A stretch of DNA of 58,831 nucleotides from Verrucomicrobiales bacterium. GTDB taxonomy: Bacteria > Verrucomicrobiota > Verrucomicrobiia > Verrucomicrobiales > V1-33. The notes beneath the pieces are model-generated. The model searched no databases and was not told the origin of the DNA. It saw only the letters and a list, made by a program, of their open reading frames with translations. This document shows positions 9,642 to 21,046 of the stretch, piece by piece. The first letter of the stretch is position 1; every line of letters starts with the position of its first letter. The stretch is from the NCBI GenBank assembly GCA_031411295.1, contig JANOAV010000206.1, forward strand, positions 1-58,831. Direction: 5' to 3'. A program made the position numbers and the translations under genes.

Positions 9642-11330
9642 ATGCAAACCGACCGATCAAGTGCATGCCACAGCCTGCTGCGCACCCTACTCAACCCAAT
9701 TGCCCTGCTGACACTCGCGGTTGGATTGGTCTCACTGTTGATTTTTAAGGCGGATATCTGGGTAGAGGATGGTGGCATCGTCTATTCCAGCGCCAGTGAG
9801 ATCCCCGGTGATAACTGGCTCCCTCGTCAGTTGTGGCAGATATCCCATTTCCTGGCGGCGGGTGAACCGGCCGCCTATCGGATCTGGAATGTGCTGGCCA
9901 TTTGGGGGCTGTCGCTAACGGTATTCAAAATCATGCGGCTCTGGTTGGAGCAGTCGCACCGGGTTAGTCCCTGGCTGCGTCCGCAGGTGGCGCTGCTGGC
10001 TGGGTTACTCTGCACGCTGCATCCAGTTTCCGGCATGACGGCCTGCGCCATTTCCCACTTGGATTGGCAGTTGGCCACTCTCTTTGGCACGCTCAGTTTA
10101 TTGGCGGCCCACGCCATGATCCAACGCCAAAGCTATGGCAGCTTGGTGCTGGGGGCTCTGTGGTTATTGCTCGGTGGCTTATCGGCTCCGGCCGGTCTCC
10201 TGCTCGGCTTGGGGGCCATGGTGGTCACCTGGCAATTAGCCTCTCCCGCCCAACGCAGTCTTACCGCGAGCTGGTTCTCGGCCAAGCAAGGCTGGAGACC
10301 ATTGGTCCTCTTTTGCTGCGCGGTTAGCATCTTGTCACTCGCTTGGTTCCTGCACTCGGTCTGGCAGCGGCACACCTCCAGCACCAGCCTGAGTTGGTCC
10401 ACTCACGTCTTGACCCAAGGGCAAATTTTCTGGCTTCAACTCCGTGGACTGATTACCCCCACGGATCTGCTCCCCAGTCACACCATCGCTTGGAGTGAAC
10501 GCTGGACGGATTGGGTTAGTGTCAGCGGATTAGTGCTGCTGGCCGCTTTAGTCATCCTCACCACCCTCAGTCTCCTGCGGCGGAAGTCCGATGCGCGTCG
10601 CCCGCTCTACGCCATTGTCCTTCTCGCCCTGTGGCCCAGTGTCCTCATTCTCGGCTGGCGCACCGCCGATGCCTTCTCCGAGGTGCGGTGGTATGCAGCC
10701 TTGCCCTGGGGGGCCATGTTTGTCGCCTGGGTGGTCGGTTGGATCATCACGCGCTGGAATGCCCTGAAATACCCGCTGGGGCTTGCCATCCCGCTCTTTT
10801 TGGCGTTTACCTCTCTCGGCCAGCTCAGCCGCTTCCGGGATGCCGATCAAGTCATCGCCCTGGTGCTGGCCAAGGAACCGCAAAACCTGCGCATGCGTTG
10901 TTTCGCAGCGGAACTCAGGGCCCAGCAAAATAACCACACTGCCGTCATCCAAATGAATCTGCCCACGGAGGCAGCTTATCGTGATGTAGTGGCTTACAAT
11001 GAAACCAACCCCCAAGGACGTCGCTATGATCTCGTCAATGCACTGCGTTGGTGGGTCGAAATCGAACACCAAGTGCAAATGGCGATTCAGAAAAACTACG
11101 GCATCGAATACGCTCAAGCCTACGCTACTTCCTCCACCGAGAAATTTGCCGTAGAAGTCAGGAACGTTGCCGCCCAGCAACCAGAAGCACTCCCACTCCT
11201 GGCCCAATTCCCAGTGGCGGCCCCAACTGAAGCTCCCGCCAAGCCGAAGCCTGCCCAAGGCATCCCAGGCATCGGCACCGCCGTCGGGGTCAGTGAATTC
11301 GAGAATCCCCGTCCTGGTGAGTCACCTTGA
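9642..11330 (+). CDS. Polytopic membrane protein, TMTC/GT-C glycosyltransferase-like
   Basis: Many TM helices; YRIWNV, LHPV, TQGQIFW..LRGLITP.DL...H and EVRWY resemble degenerate TMTC-like motifs. Confidence 0.6.
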   Translation: MQTDRSSACHSLLRTLLNPIALLTLAVGLVSLLIFKADIWVEDGGIVYSSASEIPGDNWLPRQLWQISHFLAAGEPAAYRIWNVLAIWGLSLTVFKIMRLWLEQSHRVSPWLRPQVALLAGLLCTLHPVSGMTACAISHLDWQLATLFGTLSLLAAHAMIQRQSYGSLVLGALWLLLGGLSAPAGLLLGLGAMVVTWQLASPAQRSLTASWFSAKQGWRPLVLFCCAVSILSLAWFLHSVWQRHTSSTSLSWSTHVLTQGQIFWLQLRGLITPTDLLPSHTIAWSERWTDWVSVSGLVLLAALVILTTLSLLRRKSDARRPLYAIVLLALWPSVLILGWRTADAFSEVRWYAALPWGAMFVAWVVGWIITRWNALKYPLGLAIPLFLAFTSLGQLSRFRDADQVIALVLAKEPQNLRMRCFAAELRAQQNNHTAVIQMNLPTEAAYRDVVAYNETNPQGRRYDLVNALRWWVEIEHQVQMAIQKNYGIEYAQAYATSSTEKFAVEVRNVAAQQPEALPLLAQFPVAAPTEAPAKPKPAQGIPGIGTAVGVSEFENPRPGESP

Positions 11331-11493
11331 AACTCAGTCATCGTAGTGCCCTTTGCCTTCACGCCGCAGCTCCCGTCGCCCAAATCAGGGCCTGATTGAC
11401 CATCTGCTCGCCTGTCCATATCCGAAGGGTCTTGGCGGTGCATCGGGCACAATGCCCATTGAAATGGTGCCTGTCCGCCATTATCTCACGGCC

Positions 11494-12399
11494 ATGAAAG
11501 TAACGATTATTGGTCCCGGGAAAGTCGGGATGTCCTTAGCCTACACCCTGATGATGAAAGGCATTGCCCGGGAGATTGTTCTGGTGGGAGCCAATCGCGA
11601 GAAGGCGGAAGGGGAAGCGCTGGACCTCATGCATGCGCAAGCCTTCCTGCAAGTGCCCGTGCTCGTGCGGGCGGCTAACATGGCTGATGCGGCCGGCAGC
11701 ACCGTGATCGCTCTCTGCGCATCCGTGCCCACCCCGAATGGTCTGACTGACCGCAATTCCATGGCGCAAGGTAATGCCCGATTGCTGCGCGACCTGCTGC
11801 GAAAAATTGCCACCACGGCTCCCGCAGCCAAACTACTCCTCGTCACCAACCCGGTGGATGTCATGACTTGGTTGGCGCTGGAAATCACGGGCTTCCCGCC
11901 ATCGCAAGTCTTCGGCACCGGAACCCTGGTGGACTCCATGCGGTTCCGCGAGTTGCTTTCACAGCAATTGAAGATTCATCCCGACGACCTTCGAACTTAC
12001 ATCCTGGGGGAACACGGAGAACACCAATTTCCCGCCATGAGCGTGGCCCAAGCCGGAGGAGAGCGGATTCAGGATACCCCGGAGCGTCGTGCCTTGTCAG
12101 ACCATGCCAAGCAGTTGGGGATTGAAGTTTACCGCAAGAAAGGCAACACCTGCTACGCCATCGGCATGGCCGCCGCTTACATCATTGAATCCATTCTGCT
12201 GAATGAAAAACGCACGATCCCCCTCAGCGTCCGGATCGACGGGTTTCTAGGCGTCAAAGATGTCTGTCTGAGTGTGCCCGTGGTGGTTGGCGCTAACGGA
12301 GTAGAGCGCTACCTCCACCCAAAACTAAATCAGTTGGAGACGACGCAATTTCGCGCAGCGGCCAGAGCCGTCCGCCGTGTGATCGACGCGCTGGAGTAG
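11494..12399 (+). CDS. ldh: L-lactate/malate dehydrogenase (LDH-like)
   Basis: IIGPGKVG, GEALDL, VTNPVD, GTGTLVDSMRF, ILGEHGE and KKGNTCYAIG. Confidence 0.9.
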   Translation: MKVTIIGPGKVGMSLAYTLMMKGIAREIVLVGANREKAEGEALDLMHAQAFLQVPVLVRAANMADAAGSTVIALCASVPTPNGLTDRNSMAQGNARLLRDLLRKIATTAPAAKLLLVTNPVDVMTWLALEITGFPPSQVFGTGTLVDSMRFRELLSQQLKIHPDDLRTYILGEHGEHQFPAMSVAQAGGERIQDTPERRALSDHAKQLGIEVYRKKGNTCYAIGMAAAYIIESILLNEKRTIPLSVRIDGFLGVKDVCLSVPVVVGANGVERYLHPKLNQLETTQFRAAARAVRRVIDALE

Positions 12400-12423
12400 C
12401 CGGTTCGGTCCTGGAATCAATTC

Positions 12424-15400
12424 CTACTCACGGAAGTGGAGCAACCGCCGACGCTCACGATACCCCAGGGTGCCAAGCAGGAGCAAGGCTCCCAAGGCTG
12501 CGGTGGGCTCCGGGACAGGAACCAGTTCGCCATTGGCGCCACTGAGGAAATCTGCTCCGGTGCCAATCGGGCCAGTGCCGTTGCCGGAATAGAATTGGAT
12601 GCTGGCCAACTGTGGGGCGGTCAGGGTGCTGCTGAGGAAATTCAATTTCTCTGCGCCTCCAGAACTGCTGGCCCAGACGGCTCCATCCCAGTTCCAGATG
12701 CTCAACAGGCCGGTCCAAGTGCCGGTGGTATTGTTGGCGAAGGTCAGGATGGAGGTGGTGTTGCCGAAGTCGATCACGCTGTTGGCGCTCAGACTCAGGC
12801 TGCCGCTGGTGGTGCCGTCGAATCCGCCGGTGGACAGCTTACCACCACTGAGGGTGACGTTCGTGACGGGTGAGAGGGCGGTGTCCGAGGCCAGGAGCAG
12901 GGTGCCGCCTTCGATGCTGGTGGTGCCACGGTAAGTGTTGGAACCACCGAGAGCCACGCTGCCTGCGCCCTTCTTGGTCAGGCTGACGTTTTGCTCAATG
13001 ATGCCGTTGTAGGTGCTGTCCACGCTTTGATCGACGGTCAGGATCTTGAGATCGACCGCCCCGCTGTTGGTGATTTTGCCGCTGCTCAGGACGCTCACGC
13101 CACCATCCGTATAACCAGCGCTGGTGCCGAGTTTGCCAACGGTCTGGTTGAAGCCATACATGTCGAAAATACCGCCGTTCCGGGTGACCAGCGCTTTGGT
13201 GGTTGGCAGGGCGTTATCGGCCCCGAGTTGGACCACGCCCATGTCCACTTTCGTGTCATTGTAGGTATTGCTGGTGCCGGAAATGCGGACGGTATCGAGA
13301 CCGGTCTTGGTCAGATCGAATGCACCTGTGATGGCTCCTGCAATGTTGAGGATGCCGCCTTGGAATGTTTCTGCGAAGGGAGCGTTCACGTTCGGCTGGC
13401 GCCCGGTATCGTAGTGCTGCCCTTGCAGGTAAACGGCTTGGCCGAGGTAGCTGTTGCCGGTCAAATTAAGGGTGACGTTGGAGGAAATGTCCCGTTGGAA
13501 GGCGTTGTTGACATCGTCCGTATAACCGAAGGCTTCGATGGTGCCGCCGTTCAACGTGATGGTCCGAGCGGTCTGTAAATTGGCCCCCAGTTGCAGGTTC
13601 ACGCCCGCTGGCAGGGAGTAGCTGGTGCCCCGCGCATCCTGGATCATCCAGCGTTCGGAGGAGCCTGGCTGTTGGACCACGGTTCCCACGGGCGTGTAGT
13701 TCGCAGCGCCACCGCCGATTTCCAGCGTGGCATTGCGTTCGATGGTGGCGGTGGTGGTGGCGGACCCCAGCGCTCCGTTGTGGCGGACGACCACGCTGCC
13801 TTGGCCGATGGTGATGCTGCCGCCAGTGAAGGTGCTGCTGTTGTCGCTTGTTAGTTCCAGGGTGCGATTGCCCATCTTGATCAGGCTCTTGCCAGTGCCC
13901 ACGAGGGAATCAACGGCCAAGGATACCACCCGACCGTAGTCGTTCGGTGAGCCTCCATCAATGATCCGCAGTGTGGTATTGGAGTTCAACGTCAGTGAAG
14001 GCGTGCGGGTGCGATTCCGGCTGTTCGGCAGATCAAAGCTGATGCCGGCACCGGACAGAGCGCTGTCGCTGTTCACCGTGACGGAGGGAATCACGCCGCG
14101 GCGGTCATTGGCTGCCGCGCCTGCCGTATTGGCATAGCTCACTTGAATCTGCCCTTCGTTGTTCACCACGATGCCACCGCCAGTAAAGGCAATTTCTTCC
14201 GGGCTTTGGTTGTCGAAGCGGAACACGACGCGGGAATTCACCCCGGTCGTGGCACCCAGGGTAGTGCCGAATCCAGCTGCCGCAGTGGCCCCAACCGTGC
14301 TGGTGCTTCCATTGATGGTGATGATATTTCCTGGGACCGACTGCCCGGCAGCTCCTGGGTCGTCGAAGATAATGTCTCCATTGTTAATGTTCCAACCGCT
14401 GGCGTAGTTGGGCTGTGGAACGCGGACGAAGAGTTGTCCGGCCCCGAATTTCGTGACGCCATTGGCGGTGATTTGCCCCTGGAGGACCATGGTGGAGATG
14501 GCGGAAATGCGGGCTTCGATGTTCGAAGTGCCGTCATTGAAAATGAGGTTCGGCTGGACGGTGACCGTATTGGCGGCAGACATCAGGCCGCCGCTGCGCA
14601 GGGTGATGTTGGTAAATGGCCCGCCGAGGCTGATGTTCTGATCAGTGCGCAGGGAATTGATGGTCATGTTATCCCCCAGCGTGGAAGTTGCGGTGGCAGC
14701 AGCTCCGCGGACGTCCAAGTTGGTGGTAAATGGCAGCCCGGCAGCGAGGACGCCACCGGCATTTACGGTCACAATGTTGCTGGTCAGATTTACGAAACCA
14801 TTGGTGGCATCATGGCCGACGAAGCTGCCGTCCGTCATGTTCACGATGCGAGGGTCCATCATGGCGACATTTCCCAAGCCGGAAACGATGATCTTATTCG
14901 TGGTGCCTAACGTAGCGGCGGCACTGGCTTGCAACAGCAAGGATGAGCCCGCGCCAGAGCTGGCCAGGCTGGTGAGCGTGAGGGCGGTAGTGCCGCCGGT
15001 TCCTTGGAGAGCCGCCCGGATGCGGGAGCCTGCTCCGTAGGTGATGGCACCTAGTGTTTCCGTGGAAGCGAGGGTATTGGCTCCGAGGAAATCAATCGTG
15101 GAGCCCGTGATGTTCAGCGCCTGACCATCGGCCACGCGGTCCGTTAGATTCACCGCCGTGCCGTTAGCGGATGCGAAGTTGTCAATCGTAAGACTGGAGC
15201 CTGGATGCAACGTGAGCGCATTGGTGGCAAGGCCGCTAGATTGCAGGGTGCCGTTGCTCGTCAGGATGAGCGCTCCGAAGACATCGACCGCCCCCGTGCT
15301 AAACGCCGATTTACCACCGACTACGGCAGCAGTGGAACGCGCTGCGATGCCCCGGTGGATCACGGTGCTGCCACCGAAATCATTTGCACCGCCGAGGACG

Positions 15401-18400
15401 AACTGGAAGTTCCCCAGCGTGGCCGTGGTGGCGGAGATGTAGAGATTTCCTGAATCGAAACCGAGACGCACGCTGTTAGACGCACCTGTTAGCACATTGG
15501 CAATCGGAGCATTGGCGCTATCCAGTCCCAGGAAGAAACTGGTCCCACCGCCTCCGAGACGATAAAGATTTCCGGATCCCACCCCAAGGGTGGTGGCGGT
15601 GTAGCGCGGATCATATGCTCCTTGGGAAACGCCACCTAACGACCATTTACCTCCGTAAAGAGCCCCCAAATCGATGGCGGTGTTGAAGATGCCAGCCGAG
15701 CCGTTGCTCAGGCCCACGATGCCTTCCGCGGCTTCCGTGGTATCGATGTTAGCCGTTGGAAATGCGCCATCGGTATTCCGGCTGATCATGGCTCGGATGG
15801 CAGAACCGCTGCGGACGATCACGTTCTGACCGACGTTCAAATTATTGCTCGCATTCAAATCCAGCGTGGCGCTCGGATTCAAGACCACCGTGCCCGTCCC
15901 CGCCGCACCTGCAGCCCGGAGCCGCAGATAACCGCCGTTGATGAACGTGCCACCATCGTAAGTGCTGTTGGCGCCCAACAAATGCATGTGCCCAACCCCG
16001 AGTTTGACCAGCGATCCACCCGTGGCATTTCCAGTCACGCGCACCGCAGTGTCCTGGGTGCCGGCCGCAATGTTAGCACTAAGCAAGCCGTTCCCGTTGA
16101 TCTTCAGACTGTCCAGGGTGAGGCCGAAAGTATTGCCTTGGTTCACCGTCAGCAGGGCATCATTTTTCAACGTCAGCGCCCCCAGGCCAAGCTGCAGACT
16201 GGACCCAGCGCTAACCCGATCCACACTGATGGTGCTATTTCCATTCACCGTCACAGGATAGCCGGGACCTGAAAGATTGCCGTAGGTCCCAGCGGAGTCG
16301 CGACGCAGATTGAGCGTGCCACCGTTGAGTTCCAGCGATGTCGTGGTGGCGGTGCCGAAGGCGGTAACGCTGCGCAGTTCCAAGATGCCCGCATTAAGGA
16401 CCACCTTGGTGCCGGCAGCCACAGAGGGAGATCCGACATTTGCGCCCACGATCCACGTGCCGCCGGAACCTGCTTTGGTAATCACGGGATTCGTGCCCGT
16501 GATGGTGGGGCCGTTGTTTAAAGTGAGATTGACCCCCAAGTTGATGGTGGCATTGCCTGCAATGGAATTGTTCGCATTATTGCCGAATTGGAGAGCGTAA
16601 TTTGCTCCCGTCAGGGTAAACGTTTGTCCTTGGACCCCAGGAGATCCTTGCAGCACCAAACCGGCTCCACCCGCCGCAGCTGGATTGATGATAAACGTGC
16701 CAACGCTGGCAGTATCCGCCCCAGAACGATTCACGTCCACCGTCGCGAAGGGAACGTTTGCCAGCAGCGTGATGCCCGTATTTTGCAGCGTTTGATTGAT
16801 GGTTCCGGTAACCGCCGTATTGTTAGAGCGCAAATTCAACTGCCCCCCACCCAGGATGATCTGCCCCGTGCCCAGCGTATTCAGCGTGCCCGTAGCCGCA
16901 GGACCGTGGGATTGCAGAATGCCTTGATTAATGGAGACATTTCCCACCAGCAACGGACTGGCCACCGACATGACCTGCGTGCCGCCGCCAAATTTCGTCA
17001 GGCCGTTTGCTTGCACCGTGCCGGAAAGGGTAGTCGTGACGCCACTGCGGCTATACATGAAGCCTTCAATGTCAGCCGTGCCATTGTTGAAGATCCAGTT
17101 GTTTCCCTGGGTGGCAGTCGTGTCGAACGTGACTCCGCCTTGGCGCAGAGTGATATTAGTGAATCCGGTAGCAGTCGTAATCGCACCCGCCGTGCGGAGC
17201 AGCCCAATGACGGGATTATCTCCCAGCGTGGTGGCTCCCGTCATATTTACGAACGAGGTGGCCGCCAATCCTGTGGTAAATGTTCCTGCCGCAACCGTGG
17301 AGCTGTAAGTGATGGAAATCAGCCCCGTAGTCGCATTCAGCGCCATGAAATCCGACTGGGAACCATTCTGCCCCACGATGTGTCCACCCACGAAGGGCGA
17401 AGCTGTGCCGCCCGTGAGAATCAGTTTCTGCCCGACACCGAAACCAGCCCCGGTGCCGGTATTCCGCGTCACTTCCAGGGTAGCAGTGCCATTCCGGGTG
17501 ATGGTGCTGCCAGTGCTGGTCAACTCCACATTGTGCCCGGAGGTCGCAGTATTCGTGCGATTTAAATTAACTACATTACCGCCATTAATCGTCAGCGCTC
17601 CAATCGTCTCCGCAGTGACATCAGCCGCCGCCACATTACGGGAATTCATGGTAATCGTCGAGGCATTCATCGTCAGAGCCGCGCTACTCACGCGATCCAC
17701 ATTCAACCCCGCCGTGGTGATGGCGGAGTTATCCAGCGTCAGCGTGCTGCCACCATACATGCTTAGAGTATTTGCCGCAGGCAGCACCCCAGTGGCCGTG
17801 CTCAGCGTCAGGGAACCATAGTTGGATACCGGACCCGTGCCAACCGCGTTGTTGACCTGTAAATTCAGCACACTTGTCCGGTTGATCGTGGTCCCGCCGG
17901 TATAATTATTCGCGGCAGTCAAGATGGCCGTGCCATTCTCAGCCACGCCATTGAAGTTCGTGCGGAAGCCACCATTGAACAACGGTGAACCCACATCCAA
18001 GACTGTGCCGCCGCTGAAGGCGTTGGCCGCAGAGAACGTCGTGGTGCCACCACCAGCTATGCGCACCACACCACCCACGCCATTGACCGTGTTACCGATC
18101 GTGCCAGCGTAAGTGTTCGTGCCTCCGATAGCAGCAAATCCTGACGCCAGACGGAACGTGCCATCTCCGATCCTGCTGAGATCAATGTTTGTAATGCCGG
18201 AGGCACCATTGATCGCCAACACACCGCTTTCTGGTGCCCGCAGATTCGCTGGCACGGACGTAAAGGCTGCTTCCAACTGCACGGTGGACTGCGTTTGATC
18301 CTGTGATCTCAGATCAATGATTTGGCCGCTGGCAATATTGGTGGGACTGCGGAACGTAATCACATTGTTAGGCCCCAGATAAATTGGACCGGAACCCAGG

Positions 18401-20850
18401 GTGGCGGTATTGCTAACATCCGGAGTGCCATACATGCTGCCAACCCGAGTGGCCGTGTTCCCCGTGACCACCACGGCATTGAACTGGTGCGTCAACCCGC
18501 CCGTATTTGTGCCCCAGGAACTGCCGCCTGTCTTCTGGAGGGTGTTTCCACCAGCAGAAATAACATTTCCCGTGATATTAAAGTCACCATTCACCAAATT
18601 CACATCCCCGCCGAGGCTGAGGTTATTGAATTCCAGACGATGGGTATTTGCCTGGGTGAATGTCAGTTGATTCTGACCAATCGAGTAACCATTGGCCGCC
18701 GTCCGTCCCGCCGTGGTTATAGAAGCAAACGTGAGATACTTGTCGGTCTGGGTCGCATTGGCAATCCGGTCAAAGGTAATCGCCCCTGGAGCGCGATCCA
18801 CCGTCACTGCGGTGGGCAGACTCAGACGCTGGTTAGTGGCATCATTCGCCATGTTCGCCCGAATCGACAACGTGCCGCCGAGGATATTGACGGCATTTCC
18901 CGTGCCCAACGGCGTATCCGTCGTGGTGGCCGAAGCCCCTGGAATCACACCACCAGCGACGGCCGTGGTGTAGTCACCCCGCAGCGTGCCAGCATAGATA
19001 TTGATGGGGGCGGAGAAAGAGTTGGCAGGATTGTTGAAAATCAACGCCCCGCCGCCTGCCCCGCGCTTATCCAAAGCCGTGCCGGTGAAACTCGACTGCG
19101 TGATCAGTCCGCTCAAGGTGGTCGTCTGCGCGCCATTGGCGACAAAATTCGGGTTCGCAGCACCCGTAAATTGAATCGGAGAGCCGATGGTTTGCCCGAC
19201 AGCAGAGGCAACAACATCCCCCACCGTCCCGCCGTTCACCACAATCTGACGCGTGATATTTCCCGCTGCCGCAATGCTATAGAAACCGAGTTTCCCCTTG
19301 GGATTCACCGTGATGGTGCCCGTGCCATTAACCAGCGTTCCCACCTCGAAGCTCAACTGTCCGGCATCCACATTGATGTTGCCGCTGGACACGTCCGCAT
19401 TCACCAATGACAACAATTGATTTCCGGTCTTGGTGAGCGTGAAGCCCGCCAGATCCAGATTAGCCGCCGCCGCAACCGCAGGAGTCGCGATACGAATATC
19501 CGTCCGACCATTCCCAGTAATGATGTTTCCGCCCGAACCAAAGGAAGTTTGATTCCCTCCACCTGCACTCAACGTAGCATCTGCTGTGAGCACGATCTTA
19601 TTGAAATTATTCTGGCCACCGGTGAGCGTATTCACTATCGCCCCCTGACCACTGGTGCCCGTGCCTGCAATTTTGAAGATCTCCGCGTTGGTCGCTCCAC
19701 CTAGCAACCCGCCATACTGCGCCCCGCCCAACAGAATCGTTCCCCCGGATTCAACAATCGTTTCATTTCCCGCGCCCCCAGCGCCCAGTGATCCGCTAGT
19801 GCCCACCGTGCCCACGGTCGTCGTGCCCAAAGTCGCACCGGACTTCACGGTCAACTGGCCCGTATAAGTATTGGCCCCACTCAGCACCGTCATGCCAGAC
19901 CCCGTAACGGTGATCGGCTGATTCGTGCCCGTGATGATGCCATTCAGTTTCAACTGACCACCACCGCCATTCAACGTCACGGCGTTATTCAAGGTGATGG
20001 CTCCACCAGCGGTGCCGGTAACATTGGGTCCACCGGAAATAGTAAGCGTATTGCCACTGGTGCCTGCGCGCACTTCAACGGCCGTGCTCAGCGTCGCGCC
20101 TGCCCAATTGGATGCCAAGCCACTGATGGTAAGTTTCGCACTATCTGTGCCGCTGGTATTGCCTAACTTCACTGCACTGGCCTGCGTGCCCGCTTGGACA
20201 TCCAGATTCCCCGCATTGATCAATGTCAGCCCGCTGTAAGTATTGGCACCGCGGAAAATAACATTCGAATTCTGATTAAGCGCCAATTCATTCGTAGCGC
20301 TGCCAGTAACGGCCCCAGCGAACGTCAATGTCTTCCCGTTGTTTCCCCAGACGCGCAACTGAGTGCTCCCGGCAATCCCCACGCTGCCATTAAACAGCAA
20401 ATCACCATCCACCGGATTGATTTCCGCCACATTGGCAGAACCCGAGCCATCCATGATCACCCCGAAATTAATCGTCTGCAGATTGACCGAATTGTTCTCA
20501 ATCTTCGGAGCCGCCCCACCGAAATCAAAGAACGTAACCGCCGCTGGACCATTCAACGTGTAAGCCCCAGCCCCAGAGTTAAAGAACAACCGATGCTGAC
20601 TGGCGAAACCAGAATACACATTCGACAGCACCCCACCCGGCCCGGCCAGATTAACCGTGTCATTGCCATCCGGAACCCCGGGATTCACCCCGGTCGTCCA
20701 GTTCCCAGCATTGGTCCAATCAAGGTCCGCCGCGCCATCCCAAGTCCGCAATTCCTGAGCCTGAGCCAAAGAAGTAAGACCAAGTCCGATCAACGGGGCC
20801 AACCAAAAAACAGGACGACAAGACAAGGCGAGTTTAGGGGCGATTTTCAT
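12424..20850 (-). CDS. 2808-aa autotransporter-associated beta-strand repeat protein with C-terminal PEP-CTERM
   Basis: Signal peptide; repeated LTK.G.G...L.G.NTY.G.T.I..G.L units; ends ELVPVPEP-TM-RERRR. Confidence 0.93.
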   Translation of the reverse strand: MKIAPKLALSCRPVFWLAPLIGLGLTSLAQAQELRTWDGAADLDWTNAGNWTTGVNPGVPDGNDTVNLAGPGGVLSNVYSGFASQHRLFFNSGAGAYTLNGPAAVTFFDFGGAAPKIENNSVNLQTINFGVIMDGSGSANVAEINPVDGDLLFNGSVGIAGSTQLRVWGNNGKTLTFAGAVTGSATNELALNQNSNVIFRGANTYSGLTLINAGNLDVQAGTQASAVKLGNTSGTDSAKLTISGLASNWAGATLSTAVEVRAGTSGNTLTISGGPNVTGTAGGAITLNNAVTLNGGGGQLKLNGIITGTNQPITVTGSGMTVLSGANTYTGQLTVKSGATLGTTTVGTVGTSGSLGAGGAGNETIVESGGTILLGGAQYGGLLGGATNAEIFKIAGTGTSGQGAIVNTLTGGQNNFNKIVLTADATLSAGGGNQTSFGSGGNIITGNGRTDIRIATPAVAAAANLDLAGFTLTKTGNQLLSLVNADVSSGNINVDAGQLSFEVGTLVNGTGTITVNPKGKLGFYSIAAAGNITRQIVVNGGTVGDVVASAVGQTIGSPIQFTGAANPNFVANGAQTTTLSGLITQSSFTGTALDKRGAGGGALIFNNPANSFSAPINIYAGTLRGDYTTAVAGGVIPGASATTTDTPLGTGNAVNILGGTLSIRANMANDATNQRLSLPTAVTVDRAPGAITFDRIANATQTDKYLTFASITTAGRTAANGYSIGQNQLTFTQANTHRLEFNNLSLGGDVNLVNGDFNITGNVISAGGNTLQKTGGSSWGTNTGGLTHQFNAVVVTGNTATRVGSMYGTPDVSNTATLGSGPIYLGPNNVITFRSPTNIASGQIIDLRSQDQTQSTVQLEAAFTSVPANLRAPESGVLAINGASGITNIDLSRIGDGTFRLASGFAAIGGTNTYAGTIGNTVNGVGGVVRIAGGGTTTFSAANAFSGGTVLDVGSPLFNGGFRTNFNGVAENGTAILTAANNYTGGTTINRTSVLNLQVNNAVGTGPVSNYGSLTLSTATGVLPAANTLSMYGGSTLTLDNSAITTAGLNVDRVSSAALTMNASTITMNSRNVAAADVTAETIGALTINGGNVVNLNRTNTATSGHNVELTSTGSTITRNGTATLEVTRNTGTGAGFGVGQKLILTGGTASPFVGGHIVGQNGSQSDFMALNATTGLISITYSSTVAAGTFTTGLAATSFVNMTGATTLGDNPVIGLLRTAGAITTATGFTNITLRQGGVTFDTTATQGNNWIFNNGTADIEGFMYSRSGVTTTLSGTVQANGLTKFGGGTQVMSVASPLLVGNVSINQGILQSHGPAATGTLNTLGTGQIILGGGQLNLRSNNTAVTGTINQTLQNTGITLLANVPFATVDVNRSGADTASVGTFIINPAAAGGAGLVLQGSPGVQGQTFTLTGANYALQFGNNANNSIAGNATINLGVNLTLNNGPTITGTNPVITKAGSGGTWIVGANVGSPSVAAGTKVVLNAGILELRSVTAFGTATTTSLELNGGTLNLRRDSAGTYGNLSGPGYPVTVNGNSTISVDRVSAGSSLQLGLGALTLKNDALLTVNQGNTFGLTLDSLKINGNGLLSANIAAGTQDTAVRVTGNATGGSLVKLGVGHMHLLGANSTYDGGTFINGGYLRLRAAGAAGTGTVVLNPSATLDLNASNNLNVGQNVIVRSGSAIRAMISRNTDGAFPTANIDTTEAAEGIVGLSNGSAGIFNTAIDLGALYGGKWSLGGVSQGAYDPRYTATTLGVGSGNLYRLGGGGTSFFLGLDSANAPIANVLTGASNSVRLGFDSGNLYISATTATLGNFQFVLGGANDFGGSTVIHRGIAARSTAAVVGGKSAFSTGAVDVFGALILTSNGTLQSSGLATNALTLHPGSSLTIDNFASANGTAVNLTDRVADGQALNITGSTIDFLGANTLASTETLGAITYGAGSRIRAALQGTGGTTALTLTSLASSGAGSSLLLQASAAATLGTTNKIIVSGLGNVAMMDPRIVNMTDGSFVGHDATNGFVNLTSNIVTVNAGGVLAAGLPFTTNLDVRGAAATATSTLGDNMTINSLRTDQNISLGGPFTNITLRSGGLMSAANTVTVQPNLIFNDGTSNIEARISAISTMVLQGQITANGVTKFGAGQLFVRVPQPNYASGWNINNGDIIFDDPGAAGQSVPGNIITINGSTSTVGATAAAGFGTTLGATTGVNSRVVFRFDNQSPEEIAFTGGGIVVNNEGQIQVSYANTAGAAANDRRGVIPSVTVNSDSALSGAGISFDLPNSRNRTRTPSLTLNSNTTLRIIDGGSPNDYGRVVSLAVDSLVGTGKSLIKMGNRTLELTSDNSSTFTGGSITIGQGSVVVRHNGALGSATTTATIERNATLEIGGGAANYTPVGTVVQQPGSSERWMIQDARGTSYSLPAGVNLQLGANLQTARTITLNGGTIEAFGYTDDVNNAFQRDISSNVTLNLTGNSYLGQAVYLQGQHYDTGRQPNVNAPFAETFQGGILNIAGAITGAFDLTKTGLDTVRISGTSNTYNDTKVDMGVVQLGADNALPTTKALVTRNGGIFDMYGFNQTVGKLGTSAGYTDGGVSVLSSGKITNSGAVDLKILTVDQSVDSTYNGIIEQNVSLTKKGAGSVALGGSNTYRGTTSIEGGTLLLASDTALSPVTNVTLSGGKLSTGGFDGTTSGSLSLSANSVIDFGNTTSILTFANNTTGTWTGLLSIWNWDGAVWASSSGGAEKLNFLSSTLTAPQLASIQFYSGNGTGPIGTGADFLSGANGELVPVPEPTAALGALLLLGTLGYRERRRLLHFRE

Positions 20851-21046
20851 AAGAGCGAATTATAGGGGGAAGGGGGGATAAAAAATAGCAGCGGGGAGCG
20901 CTAGCATTTTCGAGGTCCAGACTATTGAAATTCAGACATTTGGTCAAGAATTAAAACGATCTCGTCGGACGGCTGAATTGGTCCGGTTGGTGCTTACCGT
21001 TGTGATAGCGGTTGAGCGTGGGCACGTGGATCGAAATTGCCAAGCC

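Noticed and set aside
9314..9748. ORFs in the AT-rich gap
   Set aside because: Probably a divergent promoter region; the translations look non-coding.
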